DNA of 32,000 nucleotides from Ferroglobus placidus DSM 10642 (GCF_000025505.1 NC_013849.1:1140001-1172000), one strand, 5' to 3'; positions 8,465 through 16,031 are shown, numbered from the stretch's first letter. Notes: a model not told the origin generated them from the letters alone. Program-made: numbers and translations.

Positions 8465-8594
8465 TTCAGAAAGTACGGCCGTCATCATCGCATAGCTCAG
8501 ATACTGCCAGATTCATCACTCAAAACTTCCTTTACTTTTTTGGATATAAACTTTTGCTGCGCAAACATTTTTATCTCAATAGAAAAGGAGGGTT

Positions 8595-9626
8595 ATGCGA
8601 ACGATATTTTGGGATAACTGCGTGAAGCTGATAGACCAGACCAAGCTGCCGGAGAAGTTCGAAATTCTTGAGTGCAAAAGAGTTGAGGAGCTTGCAGAGG
8701 CTATAAAAAAACTCGCTGTAAGGGGTGCTCCAGCTTTAGAAGCAGCCGGAGCCTACGGAATTGCTTTAGCAGCTCACGAGAGAGACTTCAGTTCTGTGGA
8801 CGAGATGAAAGAGCATTTGAAGAAATCCGCTGAACTTCTCGCTTCCACTCGTCCCACAGCGGTGAACCTTTTCGTGGGAATTGAGAGAGCGTTAAATGCG
8901 GCTTTAAAAGGAGAAAGCGTTGAAGAAATTAGAAAGCTTGCGTTGAAAGAAGCTGAAAAAATAGCGGAAGAAGATGTAGAGAGAAACAAACTCATGGGGA
9001 GGTTTGGAGCGAAGCTTATCGAAGACGGAGACACGATTTTGACGATTTGCAACACAGGAAGGCTCGCTACAGTCGATTGGGGAACAGCTTTGGGAGTTAT
9101 AAGGAGTGCTGTTGAGGAGGGGAAGAGAGTTAAGGTCATAGCCTGCGAAACGAGACCGCTAAATCAGGGATCGAGACTTACTGCCTGGGAACTAATGCAG
9201 GATGGAATAGACGTGACGCTCATAGCCGATAGCATGGCGGGAATAGTCATGCAGAGGGGGATGGTTGACAAGGTTATAGTGGGAGCGGACAGAATTGTTA
9301 GGGATGCGGTGTTCAACAAAATAGGCACTTATACATTGGCTGTTCTCGCCAAAGAGCACGGAATTCCCTTCTTCGTCGCCGCACCACTTACGACCTTCGA
9401 CTGGGAAAGGGAGGCTAAAGATGTCGAAATAGAAGAGAGAAGTAAAGAGGAGCTCATTTACTGCCACATCACCTGCAAAAACAGGCTAATAGCTCCGAAG
9501 GATGTGGAGGTGTTCAATCCAGCTTTCGACGCCACTCCTCTAAAGTACGTTTCGGCTATAATAACCGAAAGGGGAGTCGTATTTCCTCCTTACGAGGAGA
9601 ACGTTCCCAAAATTTTGAAAAAATAA
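8595..9626 (+). CDS. mtnA: S-methyl-5-thioribose-1-phosphate isomerase (aIF-2BI / eIF-2B alpha-beta-delta-related family)
   Basis: N-terminus 'IFWDNCVKLIDQTKLPEKFEILEC', 'RGAPALEAAGAYGIALA', 'ICNTGRLATVDWGTALGVIRSA' and 'VGADRI..DAVFNKIGTY' are typical of the MtnA subfamily. AAGGAGGG lies upstream of the ATG. Confidence 0.85.
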   Translation: MRTIFWDNCVKLIDQTKLPEKFEILECKRVEELAEAIKKLAVRGAPALEAAGAYGIALAAHERDFSSVDEMKEHLKKSAELLASTRPTAVNLFVGIERALNAALKGESVEEIRKLALKEAEKIAEEDVERNKLMGRFGAKLIEDGDTILTICNTGRLATVDWGTALGVIRSAVEEGKRVKVIACETRPLNQGSRLTAWELMQDGIDVTLIADSMAGIVMQRGMVDKVIVGADRIVRDAVFNKIGTYTLAVLAKEHGIPFFVAAPLTTFDWEREAKDVEIEERSKEELIYCHITCKNRLIAPKDVEVFNPAFDATPLKYVSAIITERGVVFPPYEENVPKILKK

Positions 9627-9630
9627 AAAA

Positions 9631-10038
9631 TTACCTAATTTTTCTTAGAGCCAAAGCTCCGGCTGCGAGAATCAAAAGAATGCCAAAGCCGGGAGACTTC
9701 TTTTCGGTCACTATTTTTTCAGGTGTTGTTGAAGTTGGTGTTGCTGTTGGCGTTGGTGTTGGAGCGAGGGATCTTATGTACTCTATTACGCTTTTAATCT
9801 CCTCATCGCTCAATTCGGGGAAAGCCGGCATCTTACCTTTCCCGTTTTTTATCGCATCGTATACTTCTTCGTAGCTCTTGTCCTTCCAAAACTCTGGGTC
9901 TGAGAAGTCAACTCCCTTGTCTTTCTGCCCGTCTCCTTTTTCTCCGTGGCACATCTGGCATTTTTTCTCGTAGATCGATTTACCATCTTCAGCCGCCACC
10001 GGAAAAGCAAAAAGTAAGAAGATCAACAGCCACCTCAC
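9631..10038 (-). CDS. Class I mono-heme c-type cytochrome with Thr/Pro linker and PGF-CTERM sorting tail
   Basis: Signal peptide 'MRWLLIFLLFAFPVAA', heme site 'CQMCH', distal Met region 'GKMPAF', linker 'PTPTPTATPTSTTP', and C-terminus 'SPGFGILLILAAGALALRKIR'. GTG start. It begins 1 nt after the ctaB stop. Confidence 0.8.
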   Translation of the reverse strand: MRWLLIFLLFAFPVAAEDGKSIYEKKCQMCHGEKGDGQKDKGVDFSDPEFWKDKSYEEVYDAIKNGKGKMPAFPELSDEEIKSVIEYIRSLAPTPTPTATPTSTTPEKIVTEKKSPGFGILLILAAGALALRKIR

Positions 10039-10039
10039 G

Positions 10040-10915
10040 CTACCACCACCCTATCGAAAGGAAGAGGTACAATATAAAGACTACTCCTAAGTGGGGATTG
10101 CTCAGTTTGAAAAGTTTGTAATGAGCTCTGATATCGCTTAGCTTCAAAAGAAGCTTAATGAGCGGATAATTCAGCAATGCTACGATAGCCAAGCTAAAAG
10201 CGTCGTCGCTGAGGGTTGAGAAAACTGCGAAAGTTGTGAGTACGTAGAGAGAAGTGAATACGGCTATAGCGTTAACGACTTTCTTTCTATCCTTTACGAC
10301 AGGCAGCATTGGTACGCCCGCTTTTTTATAGTCATCTCTGTAAAAAGCTGCGAGACTCCAGATGTGTACCGGAGTCCAGAATACTATGAGCATCGCAAGA
10401 AGGAAAGATTGGAGGGAAATCAGCTCGTTGGACATTGCCGAGTAAGCTCCAAGGAGAGGAGCAGCTCCACCGGGAGAGGCTATGAGTATGTTGTAGGGTG
10501 TTAACCTCTTCAATTTGTAGTTGTAGCTGAGAACGAAAGCGGCTCCGACGATTCCCCAGAATAGAACGTAAGTGTTAATCAGAGAGGCTAAGGCAAGTCC
10601 GGCGAAGAGTAGAAGAGTTCCGAAGATTAAAGCGTTCTTTTCTTTTACGGCTTTTTTTGGCAACGGTCTGTGTTTGGTTCTGCTCATCACGGCATCTATA
10701 TCCCTGTCGAGGTATGCTGTTATCGCATTAACTCCTGAACAGCTCAGAAGCACTGAAAGAGTTAGAGCTAATAGAACCCCTGCGCTTCCGTTGTAAACGG
10801 AAAGAGCTTCGACTAAAGCCGTAAGTAAGAGTAATGCCGTTAGCTTGGGCTTCGTAAGCAAAAAATAGTTGAGAAGTTTACTCGATGTAGTGACCATACT
10901 CGATCCCCCTTGCAA
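10040..10915 (-). CDS. ctaB: Protoheme IX farnesyltransferase (heme O synthase, UbiA family)
   Basis: 'NAITAYLDRDIDAVMSRTKHRPLP' (UbiA/CtaB Asp-rich motif), a second motif region 'FYRDDYKKAGVPMLPV', and about 8-9 TM helices. The track start is TTG 10915; the alternative is ATG 10897. Either overlaps the norB-like 3' end. Confidence 0.85.
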   Translation of the reverse strand: MQGGSSMVTTSSKLLNYFLLTKPKLTALLLLTALVEALSVYNGSAGVLLALTLSVLLSCSGVNAITAYLDRDIDAVMSRTKHRPLPKKAVKEKNALIFGTLLLFAGLALASLINTYVLFWGIVGAAFVLSYNYKLKRLTPYNILIASPGGAAPLLGAYSAMSNELISLQSFLLAMLIVFWTPVHIWSLAAFYRDDYKKAGVPMLPVVKDRKKVVNAIAVFTSLYVLTTFAVFSTLSDDAFSLAIVALLNYPLIKLLLKLSDIRAHYKLFKLSNPHLGVVFILYLFLSIGWW

Positions 10916-12512
10916 GTTTGCTCGCCATGATCACCGCCAGAACTCCGAGTCCTACGTAAGCTATTGCTGAGAGAGCGAATGGAATCCAGAGGTTGCCGAA
11001 TTCGAGGACTGCCGAGGAGGAAAAGCTCCATAGTCCGGTGGTGCCTATTAAGGCGAAGAACACTGCAAGGACTACGAGGAACGGAAAGTGATCGAAGGTT
11101 GTTAGGAAGCTCTTCTTCACAGCTGCCGGCTTGTACTCCTCTCCTTCAACCGGCATTAGGAGGTGGCGGAACATTGAGGCTGCCAGATGCAAGTAGCCGA
11201 GGAAAACCATAGCACCTCCGAAAACTATTCCGGGAACGAAGGGGAATCTTGCCTCAAGAACTTTTTGCCAAGGTTCTGCAAGGATCCAGTAGTGGTAGAT
11301 TTGCACGGTTCCGGCTAATCCGAAAGTCGATGCAAGGATAACTTGTCCGATGAACATCAACCAGAAAGCTCTCTTGCTCCATAAGACGAGAGTTCTATCT
11401 ATCGGTTTTCCAGTTAAGTCGGGCAAAGCAAGATACAGCAGAGCAATGCCTCCCATGGCGAAAGCCATCATACACTCATGCCCGTGGCTCGGTGTAACCC
11501 AGGTTCCGTGCTCCCACCAGTTCGTCCAGGGCCAAGTCTGTATTAAGCCGAGGAGGGAAACTCCGATGAATCCGAAGATGAGTATTCCGACCATGAAGTA
11601 AAGGCTCGGTATGTTGGGGAAAGGTTGCTTTAGTTCCTTGGCTATTCTGAGGGACTCCAAAGCCATCAGAGCGAGGGGAACTATTTCGAGAACGCTTATA
11701 ACTCCCCCGAGCAGAATCCAGAAAGTCGGTGTACCTATCCAGAAGTAGTGGTGCCCTTGCCCAATTACTCCAGATGTGGCTGCCAAAATGACATCGTAGA
11801 AGATGTACTTGTCAACGACTTTCTTAACCCTCGGATCCGGAATCAGGAGCATTAAAACGAGTCCTATAGCTCCCGCATAGGCTACCTCCAAGCTTCCCTC
11901 AACCCAGTAGTGAACAGTCCACCACCTGAAGTACTCGCTGACGACGACGCTCTTGAAGAACAAGTTCCCCGGGATGTAGAGGATGAACGTTCCTGCAGCA
12001 CCTATCACGAGCGCCCACAAAGCTAACGGCCACTCTTTTGGACTTGGTAGAGTTTTTAGGACGACGACAGCCACTATGATGAATCCTATAAATATGAAGA
12101 TGTCCCAAAGTCTTCCAGCCTCGACGTACTCCTTCCCTTCAACGAGCATTGGCTGATTTGCTATCCATATGTTTGTTCCGCTCTGCATCAACGGGAGGGT
12201 TGCAAAAATTCCTATAACGACGAGAACGAGAACTACTGCAAGCAGCTTAACTAAGCTTTGTCCCCACAGCTCTCTCTTAGCAAGTATCGGCGTGAGATAG
12301 AAAACTGCTGCAAACGTAGCTGAGAACAGCCAGAGTATCAGTGCGTTTATGTGATACGCTCTTATAAGGTTGAAGTTCGCTATTCCCGATAGCAGGTCTG
12401 GATTGAGGTAGTACAAAGCAAGTAAACCCCCGGCTACGAGCTGAACGAAGAATAAAACTAGAGCTACAACGGCAAAAGGCAAAGCAAGCATCTGAGATCT
12501 ATACTCAGGCAT
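10878..12512 (-). CDS. norB: Heme-copper-oxidase-superfamily nitric oxide reductase catalytic subunit (NorB-like) with an extra C-terminal 2-TM extension
   Basis: 'RWWTVHYWVEGSLE', 'GQGHHYFWIG', 'SHGHECMMAFAMG', 'RAYHINAL', 'LVEGKEYVE' and 'SVLEIVP' match the His ligands and conserved Glu residues of cNOR/qNOR NorB. The protein is 544 aa. Confidence 0.85.
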   Translation of the reverse strand: MPEYRSQMLALPFAVVALVLFFVQLVAGGLLALYYLNPDLLSGIANFNLIRAYHINALILWLFSATFAAVFYLTPILAKRELWGQSLVKLLAVVLVLVVIGIFATLPLMQSGTNIWIANQPMLVEGKEYVEAGRLWDIFIFIGFIIVAVVVLKTLPSPKEWPLALWALVIGAAGTFILYIPGNLFFKSVVVSEYFRWWTVHYWVEGSLEVAYAGAIGLVLMLLIPDPRVKKVVDKYIFYDVILAATSGVIGQGHHYFWIGTPTFWILLGGVISVLEIVPLALMALESLRIAKELKQPFPNIPSLYFMVGILIFGFIGVSLLGLIQTWPWTNWWEHGTWVTPSHGHECMMAFAMGGIALLYLALPDLTGKPIDRTLVLWSKRAFWLMFIGQVILASTFGLAGTVQIYHYWILAEPWQKVLEARFPFVPGIVFGGAMVFLGYLHLAASMFRHLLMPVEGEEYKPAAVKKSFLTTFDHFPFLVVLAVFFALIGTTGLWSFSSSAVLEFGNLWIPFALSAIAYVGLGVLAVIMASKLARGIEYGHYIE

Positions 12513-12517
12513 TCAGC

Positions 12518-13171
12518 TCACCCCCTCTCATACCAGTAAAACAAACCGAAGACGAGGAAGACCGTGAAGAAGACCGTCAGAATCCAGTATACTACCCATG
12601 CGTCGAAGCTCTCGTACCACCTAACAGCATTCTTATCAAAGCTCGTCGCAAAACTGTAATCGTTTTCTTTCATCGGAGGCCAGTTGTTGGTGTTGAGGTC
12701 TTTGAGGTAGAGCATCCAAGCCGTTAGAGCGTCTATTTCCTCTTCGCTTAGATAGAAAGGCATGTACTTCGTTCCAGCGTACGTTTCAAGCAGCTTCTTT
12801 ATCATGTCTCCATCCCCAGCTTTTCTGGCTATGTAAACTAATTCGGGAGCGTAGTACGCTCCGTTTCCTACTATCGTATGGCAGTCCATGCAGTTGTAGT
12901 TCATAGCCACTTTCCATCCATCCAAAGCGGTTTTCCCGTTGTAGGTCACAGCCTCTGGATCGGGGTTTCTCTTCGGATCGATAGACAGGGGCGTCAAAAT
13001 TAAGATCAGTACTATCGAAAAAGCCAAAGCAAATTTTCCAAGTCTTTCGAATGGAATCTCTTCAGCCTCTGCTCTCTTCGCCTTCCTTGCGTAGTAGACG
13101 TAGAGAGCCAAGGCAATCCCTATGCCCACTATAAAAGAGCTGAAAAAGAACGCCTCGTAGATGTACTTCAT
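12518..13171 (-). CDS. norC: NorC-like membrane-anchored mono-heme cytochrome c subunit (atypical, 3 predicted TM helices)
   Basis: 'GWKVAMNYNCMDCHTIVGNGAYYAPEL' matches the NorC heme-binding region, and 'TKYMPFYLSEEEI' the Met-ligand region. Two N-terminal hydrophobic helices and one C-terminal helix. Its stop lies 5 nt upstream of the norB-like start. Confidence 0.75.
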   Translation of the reverse strand: MKYIYEAFFFSSFIVGIGIALALYVYYARKAKRAEAEEIPFERLGKFALAFSIVLILILTPLSIDPKRNPDPEAVTYNGKTALDGWKVAMNYNCMDCHTIVGNGAYYAPELVYIARKAGDGDMIKKLLETYAGTKYMPFYLSEEEIDALTAWMLYLKDLNTNNWPPMKENDYSFATSFDKNAVRWYESFDAWVVYWILTVFFTVFLVFGLFYWYERG

Positions 13172-13208
13172 GCTTTTCAGTAATAAAATAAAGAAAATTT
13201 CACGATTT

Positions 13209-13226
13209 TCCCTAACTTTTTAGGGA
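13209..13226. promoter_or_regulatory. Perfect palindrome TCCCTAA-CTTT-TTAGGGA upstream of the nor-like operon
   Basis: 7-bp arms and a 4-bp spacer, read directly. It is centred about 46 nt upstream of the norC-like ATG (13171), just distal to the A/T-rich putative BRE/TATA region, and about 117 nt upstream of the divergent SPFH gene. Confidence 0.4.
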
Positions 13227-13333
13227 TTCGATGAGCTTTAAACTTATATATTTTAATCAATAACTTTTGAATTATTATCGCTCCTTCCAGTCAATCCAAA
13301 AAATTTTTACGTTGAATTCAAATTTTTAATTTC

Positions 13334-14206
13334 ATGTACGTGCCCTACCCTCAAACAAAAAAGAGCGGGAAGGGAAAAATCGCCGCCCTCGCTGCGCTTT
13401 TCGGATTCTTCATCCTTTTGGTTCTCTCCTCTTCCGTTGTAGTTATAGATCAAACGGAAGTGGGAGTCGTGAAAATCTTTGGAAGGGTTCAGGAAAAACC
13501 TCTACACCCCGGACTGCACTTCGTCACTCCCTTCGTGACGGAAGTCGTGAGAATGCCTGTTTACGAGAAAACCATGGAGATGATAGGAGAAAAGCACATA
13601 AAAGCTTTGACTTCCGAAGGTCTGCCAGTGTTTTTCGACATGGCTATTCAATACAAAGTGGTGCCAGAAAAAGCTCCGGAAGTTTACTCAACGCTGAAAA
13701 ACTACGAAATCTGGATGGAAAGCAGAATAAGAGCGCATATAAGGGATATAATAGCCCAATACAAGGCGGAAGATCTTTACACGGAGAACAGAGAGCTCAT
13801 CCAAGCGGACATCGAGAGGAGACTCGACGAAGAGTTCAGACCCTACGGAATTTTGATAACGGCTGTTTTGATCAGAAACATCGATTTGCCCGAAAGCGTT
13901 GAAAGGGCTATTCAAGCTAAAATCGAGGCTAAGCAAGAGGCGGAAAGAATGCAGTTCATCGTTCAGAAAGAGAGGCTCGAGGCAGAGAGAAAAAAGGTCG
14001 AAGCTCAAGGAATCGCTGAGGCTAACAGGATAATAGGAGAGTCGTTGAGAAACAATCCGGAGTACATCCAGTGGTATTACTTGCAAGTTCTCGACGACTT
14101 TGCAAAATCCGGAAACTCAGTCATCTTAGTTCCAGTACCGGGGAACTTTTATCCTGGCGTAAATGTGACATCTACGCCTCCGTTGATTCTTCCGACAACA
14201 AAATAA
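13334..14206 (+). CDS. SPFH/band-7 (prohibitin/stomatin-type) membrane scaffold protein
   Basis: N-terminal TM anchor, then SPFH core 'VVVIDQTEVGVVKIFGRV...GLHFVTPFV', and a coiled-coil 'AIQAKIEAKQEAERMQF..ERLEAERKKVEAQGIAEAN'. Confidence 0.85.
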   Translation: MYVPYPQTKKSGKGKIAALAALFGFFILLVLSSSVVVIDQTEVGVVKIFGRVQEKPLHPGLHFVTPFVTEVVRMPVYEKTMEMIGEKHIKALTSEGLPVFFDMAIQYKVVPEKAPEVYSTLKNYEIWMESRIRAHIRDIIAQYKAEDLYTENRELIQADIERRLDEEFRPYGILITAVLIRNIDLPESVERAIQAKIEAKQEAERMQFIVQKERLEAERKKVEAQGIAEANRIIGESLRNNPEYIQWYYLQVLDDFAKSGNSVILVPVPGNFYPGVNVTSTPPLILPTTK

Positions 14207-14227
14207 ACCCTGAACTTACCTATTTTT

Positions 14228-14968
14228 ATGCTCCTCTACGCTCTTGCAGCTGGAATCTTCACGTGGTTATTAACTACTGCCGGAGCTTCGGCAGTGCTGC
14301 TAACGAAAGAGGTCAATAGAAAGGTTCTCGACGCGTCTCTCGGATTTGCAGCTGGGATTATGGTAGCAGCAAGTTTCTTTTCACTTCTGCTTCCTTCAAT
14401 AGAAATTTCCGAGAGCTGGTTTCCGGCTGTCATAGGCTTTCTCCTCGGCGGTCTGTTTTTAAAGCTCTTGGATTCGACGATTCCTCATTTGCACGTTGGG
14501 TTCGATGTTGAAGCTTCTGAAGGTGCGAAAATTCCGCTAAAGAAGACCACGCTTCTTTTCTTGGCAGTGACGATCCACAACGTTCCGGAAGGTTTGTCCA
14601 TTGGCGTCTCCTTCGGAGAGAGCGTTGTTGCCGCTTTAACTTTAGCACTCGGAATAGGAATTCAGAACGTCCCGGAGGGTATGGCAATTTCTTTGCCTTT
14701 AAGGGGAGAGGGGTTTTCGAGAGGAAAGAGCTTTATTTACGGCTCCCTTTCCGGGCTCGTAGAGCCTGCTTTTTCGGTTTTGGGATTCCTTGCTATATCT
14801 ATTTTCAGCCAGATTTTGCCCTACGCTTTGGCATTTGCAGCCGGAGCGATGATATACGTTGTCTTCGAGGAGTTAATTCCGGAATCCCACCTCCACGGAA
14901 ACGAAGACCTTGCAACCCTTTCAGCGATGCTCGGATTTGCGGTAATGATGTTTCTCGATTTGTATTAA
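14228..14968 (+). CDS. ZIP-family divalent metal (zinc) transporter, ZupT-like
   Basis: Paired signature motifs 'IHNVPEGLSIG' and 'IQNVPEGMAIS', 'EELIPESH', and about 8 TM helices. Confidence 0.85.
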   Translation: MLLYALAAGIFTWLLTTAGASAVLLTKEVNRKVLDASLGFAAGIMVAASFFSLLLPSIEISESWFPAVIGFLLGGLFLKLLDSTIPHLHVGFDVEASEGAKIPLKKTTLLFLAVTIHNVPEGLSIGVSFGESVVAALTLALGIGIQNVPEGMAISLPLRGEGFSRGKSFIYGSLSGLVEPAFSVLGFLAISIFSQILPYALAFAAGAMIYVVFEELIPESHLHGNEDLATLSAMLGFAVMMFLDLY

Positions 14969-14999
14969 GGTGAAAGAAAGGGTTCTCGTTTTAGAATCG

Positions 15000-15005
15000 T
15001 TTTTT
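15000..15005 (+). terminator. Oligo-T tract (T6), a possible archaeal intrinsic terminator after the ZIP transporter gene
   Basis: A T6 run about 32 nt downstream of the stop at 14968. Archaeal RNAP terminates at oligo-T stretches. Confidence 0.3.
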
Positions 15006-15330
15006 GGTACTTATCTTGATTTTATTCTTCTTCGTTATAAGTTTTGAAGCACGATATTTCCGGGTTCAATTGAATTCGTCAATTCGATTCTTGAGTACCT
15101 CGCGAGGGTTATCAGCGTTCTCTTTCTGATTTCTGTTGTTTTTGTAGCGAAGAGCTTCATGACGCTCATAAGCTTATTTATAATCCCCGTATTGCTAATC
15201 GACATGACTCCTTTCGCAGGAAAGTTAATTTGGCTCTTTCGTGGGGATTGAGTGTAGGCATGGGGATTTCTATAGGCGTTTTCTCCTTTTTAGAAGAGAC
15301 TGATCCGATAAACTTTCAAACTTTGTCGAA

Positions 15331-15370
15331 ATATTTTTATACTATATCAAGTTTACTTGACAAAAGGTGA
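15331..15370 (+). promoter_or_regulatory. Candidate cbiMNQO promoter (TATA-like 'ATATTTTTATAC') plus GGTGA ribosome-binding site
   Basis: An A/T-rich TATA-like element at 15331-15343, and GGTGA at 15366-15370, 4 nt before ATG 15375. Confidence 0.4.
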
Positions 15371-15374
15371 GAAA

Positions 15375-16031
15375 ATGCATATTGCAGAGGGATTTCTTCC
15401 TCTTGAATGGGCTTTAGCGTGGTACGCTATTGCGATGCCGATAATTGTTTACGGAGCGTACAAGGTGAAGAAGCTGCTTGAGGAAAAGCCAGAGATGAAG
15501 TCTTTAATAGCTGTGGCTGGAGGTTTCATCTTCGTTCTCTCAGCTTTAAAAATTCCCTCCGTAACTGGAAGCTGCTCCCATCCCACGGGAACGGGAATAG
15601 CAGTCGTTCTCTTCGGTCCAGCAATAACGGCATTCCTTTCGACGATCGTCCTCCTCTACCAAGCCTTACTCTTAGCCCACGGAGGAATAACAACTTTAGG
15701 AGCGAACGTAACTTCGATGGGGATAGTAGGACCTTTTTTCGGATGGCTCGCATACAAAGCCGTCAAGGGCAAAGTCGATCTAAAAATCGCAACTTTTATA
15801 GCTGCTGCTGTTGCGGACTGGGCAACCTATGTCGTCACATCCTTCCAGCTCGCTTTGGCTTTTCCAGCCGGAGCTGGAGTTGAAGGAGTTCTCTCTTCAG
15901 CGACGAAGTTCATGGCGATATTTGCCGTAACGCAAGTTCCTCTGGCGATAATAGAAGGAACTGTGGCTGCCTTGCTTATAGGCTATTTAGCCTCCGTTAA
16001 ACTACTGGTTAAGGAGGAGGTGACGGCATGA
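15375..16031 (+). CDS. cbiM: Cobalt ECF transporter substrate-capture subunit CbiM
   Basis: Canonical N-terminus 'MHIAEGFLP', plus 'SCSHPTGTG' and 'AHGGITTLGAN'. ATG 15375 is preceded by GGTGA (15366-15370) and is preferred over the track's TTG 15357. Confidence 0.9.
   Translation: MHIAEGFLPLEWALAWYAIAMPIIVYGAYKVKKLLEEKPEMKSLIAVAGGFIFVLSALKIPSVTGSCSHPTGTGIAVVLFGPAITAFLSTIVLLYQALLLAHGGITTLGANVTSMGIVGPFFGWLAYKAVKGKVDLKIATFIAAAVADWATYVVTSFQLALAFPAGAGVEGVLSSATKFMAIFAVTQVPLAIIEGTVAALLIGYLASVKLLVKEEVTA

Noticed and set aside
8466-8488. C/D-box sRNA-like arrangement on the minus strand: ATGATGA (8482-8488), a 12-nt spacer, then CTGA (8466-8469)
   Set aside because: The C-box to D'-box spacing is right. 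However, no C'/D pair or terminal stem follows, and the continuation runs antisense into the coding 3' end of the upstream gene without further box motifs.
8493-8515. tRNA D-arm-like 'TAGCTCAG' word in the intergenic region upstream of mtnA
   Set aside because: No complementary D-stem, anticodon arm, or GTTCRANNC T-loop could be assembled around it. The region is also too A/T-rich for a thermophile tRNA.
9730-9775. DNA-level tandem repeat (GTTGGTGTTG-type) in the cytochrome c gene, and 'GTTGTGGAGAAGGTCGTTGAGAAGGAAGTCGTC' at about 7690-7725
   Set aside because: These encode the Thr/Pro and (E/K)VV tether linkers of secreted proteins. They are short, imperfect and in frame, so they are not independent repeat elements or CRISPR-like arrays.
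10878-12512. Interpretation of the HCO-family protein as a cbb3- or aa3-type oxygen reductase, suggested by the adjacent heme O synthase
   Set aside because: The sequence has the NOR-specific 'WWxxHxWVEGxxE' and 'EGxExxE' glutamates. It lacks the CcoN 'WWYGHNAV' motif, and I recognised no oxidase-type HPEVY (His-Tyr cross-link) pattern. The partner subunit is NorC-like rather than CoxB- or CcoO-like.
14969-15374. Cobalamin riboswitch upstream of cbiMNQO
   Set aside because: No B12-box-like consensus or GC-rich paired core could be recognised by eye, and this riboswitch class is not established in archaea. The region is kept only as an unexplained gap.
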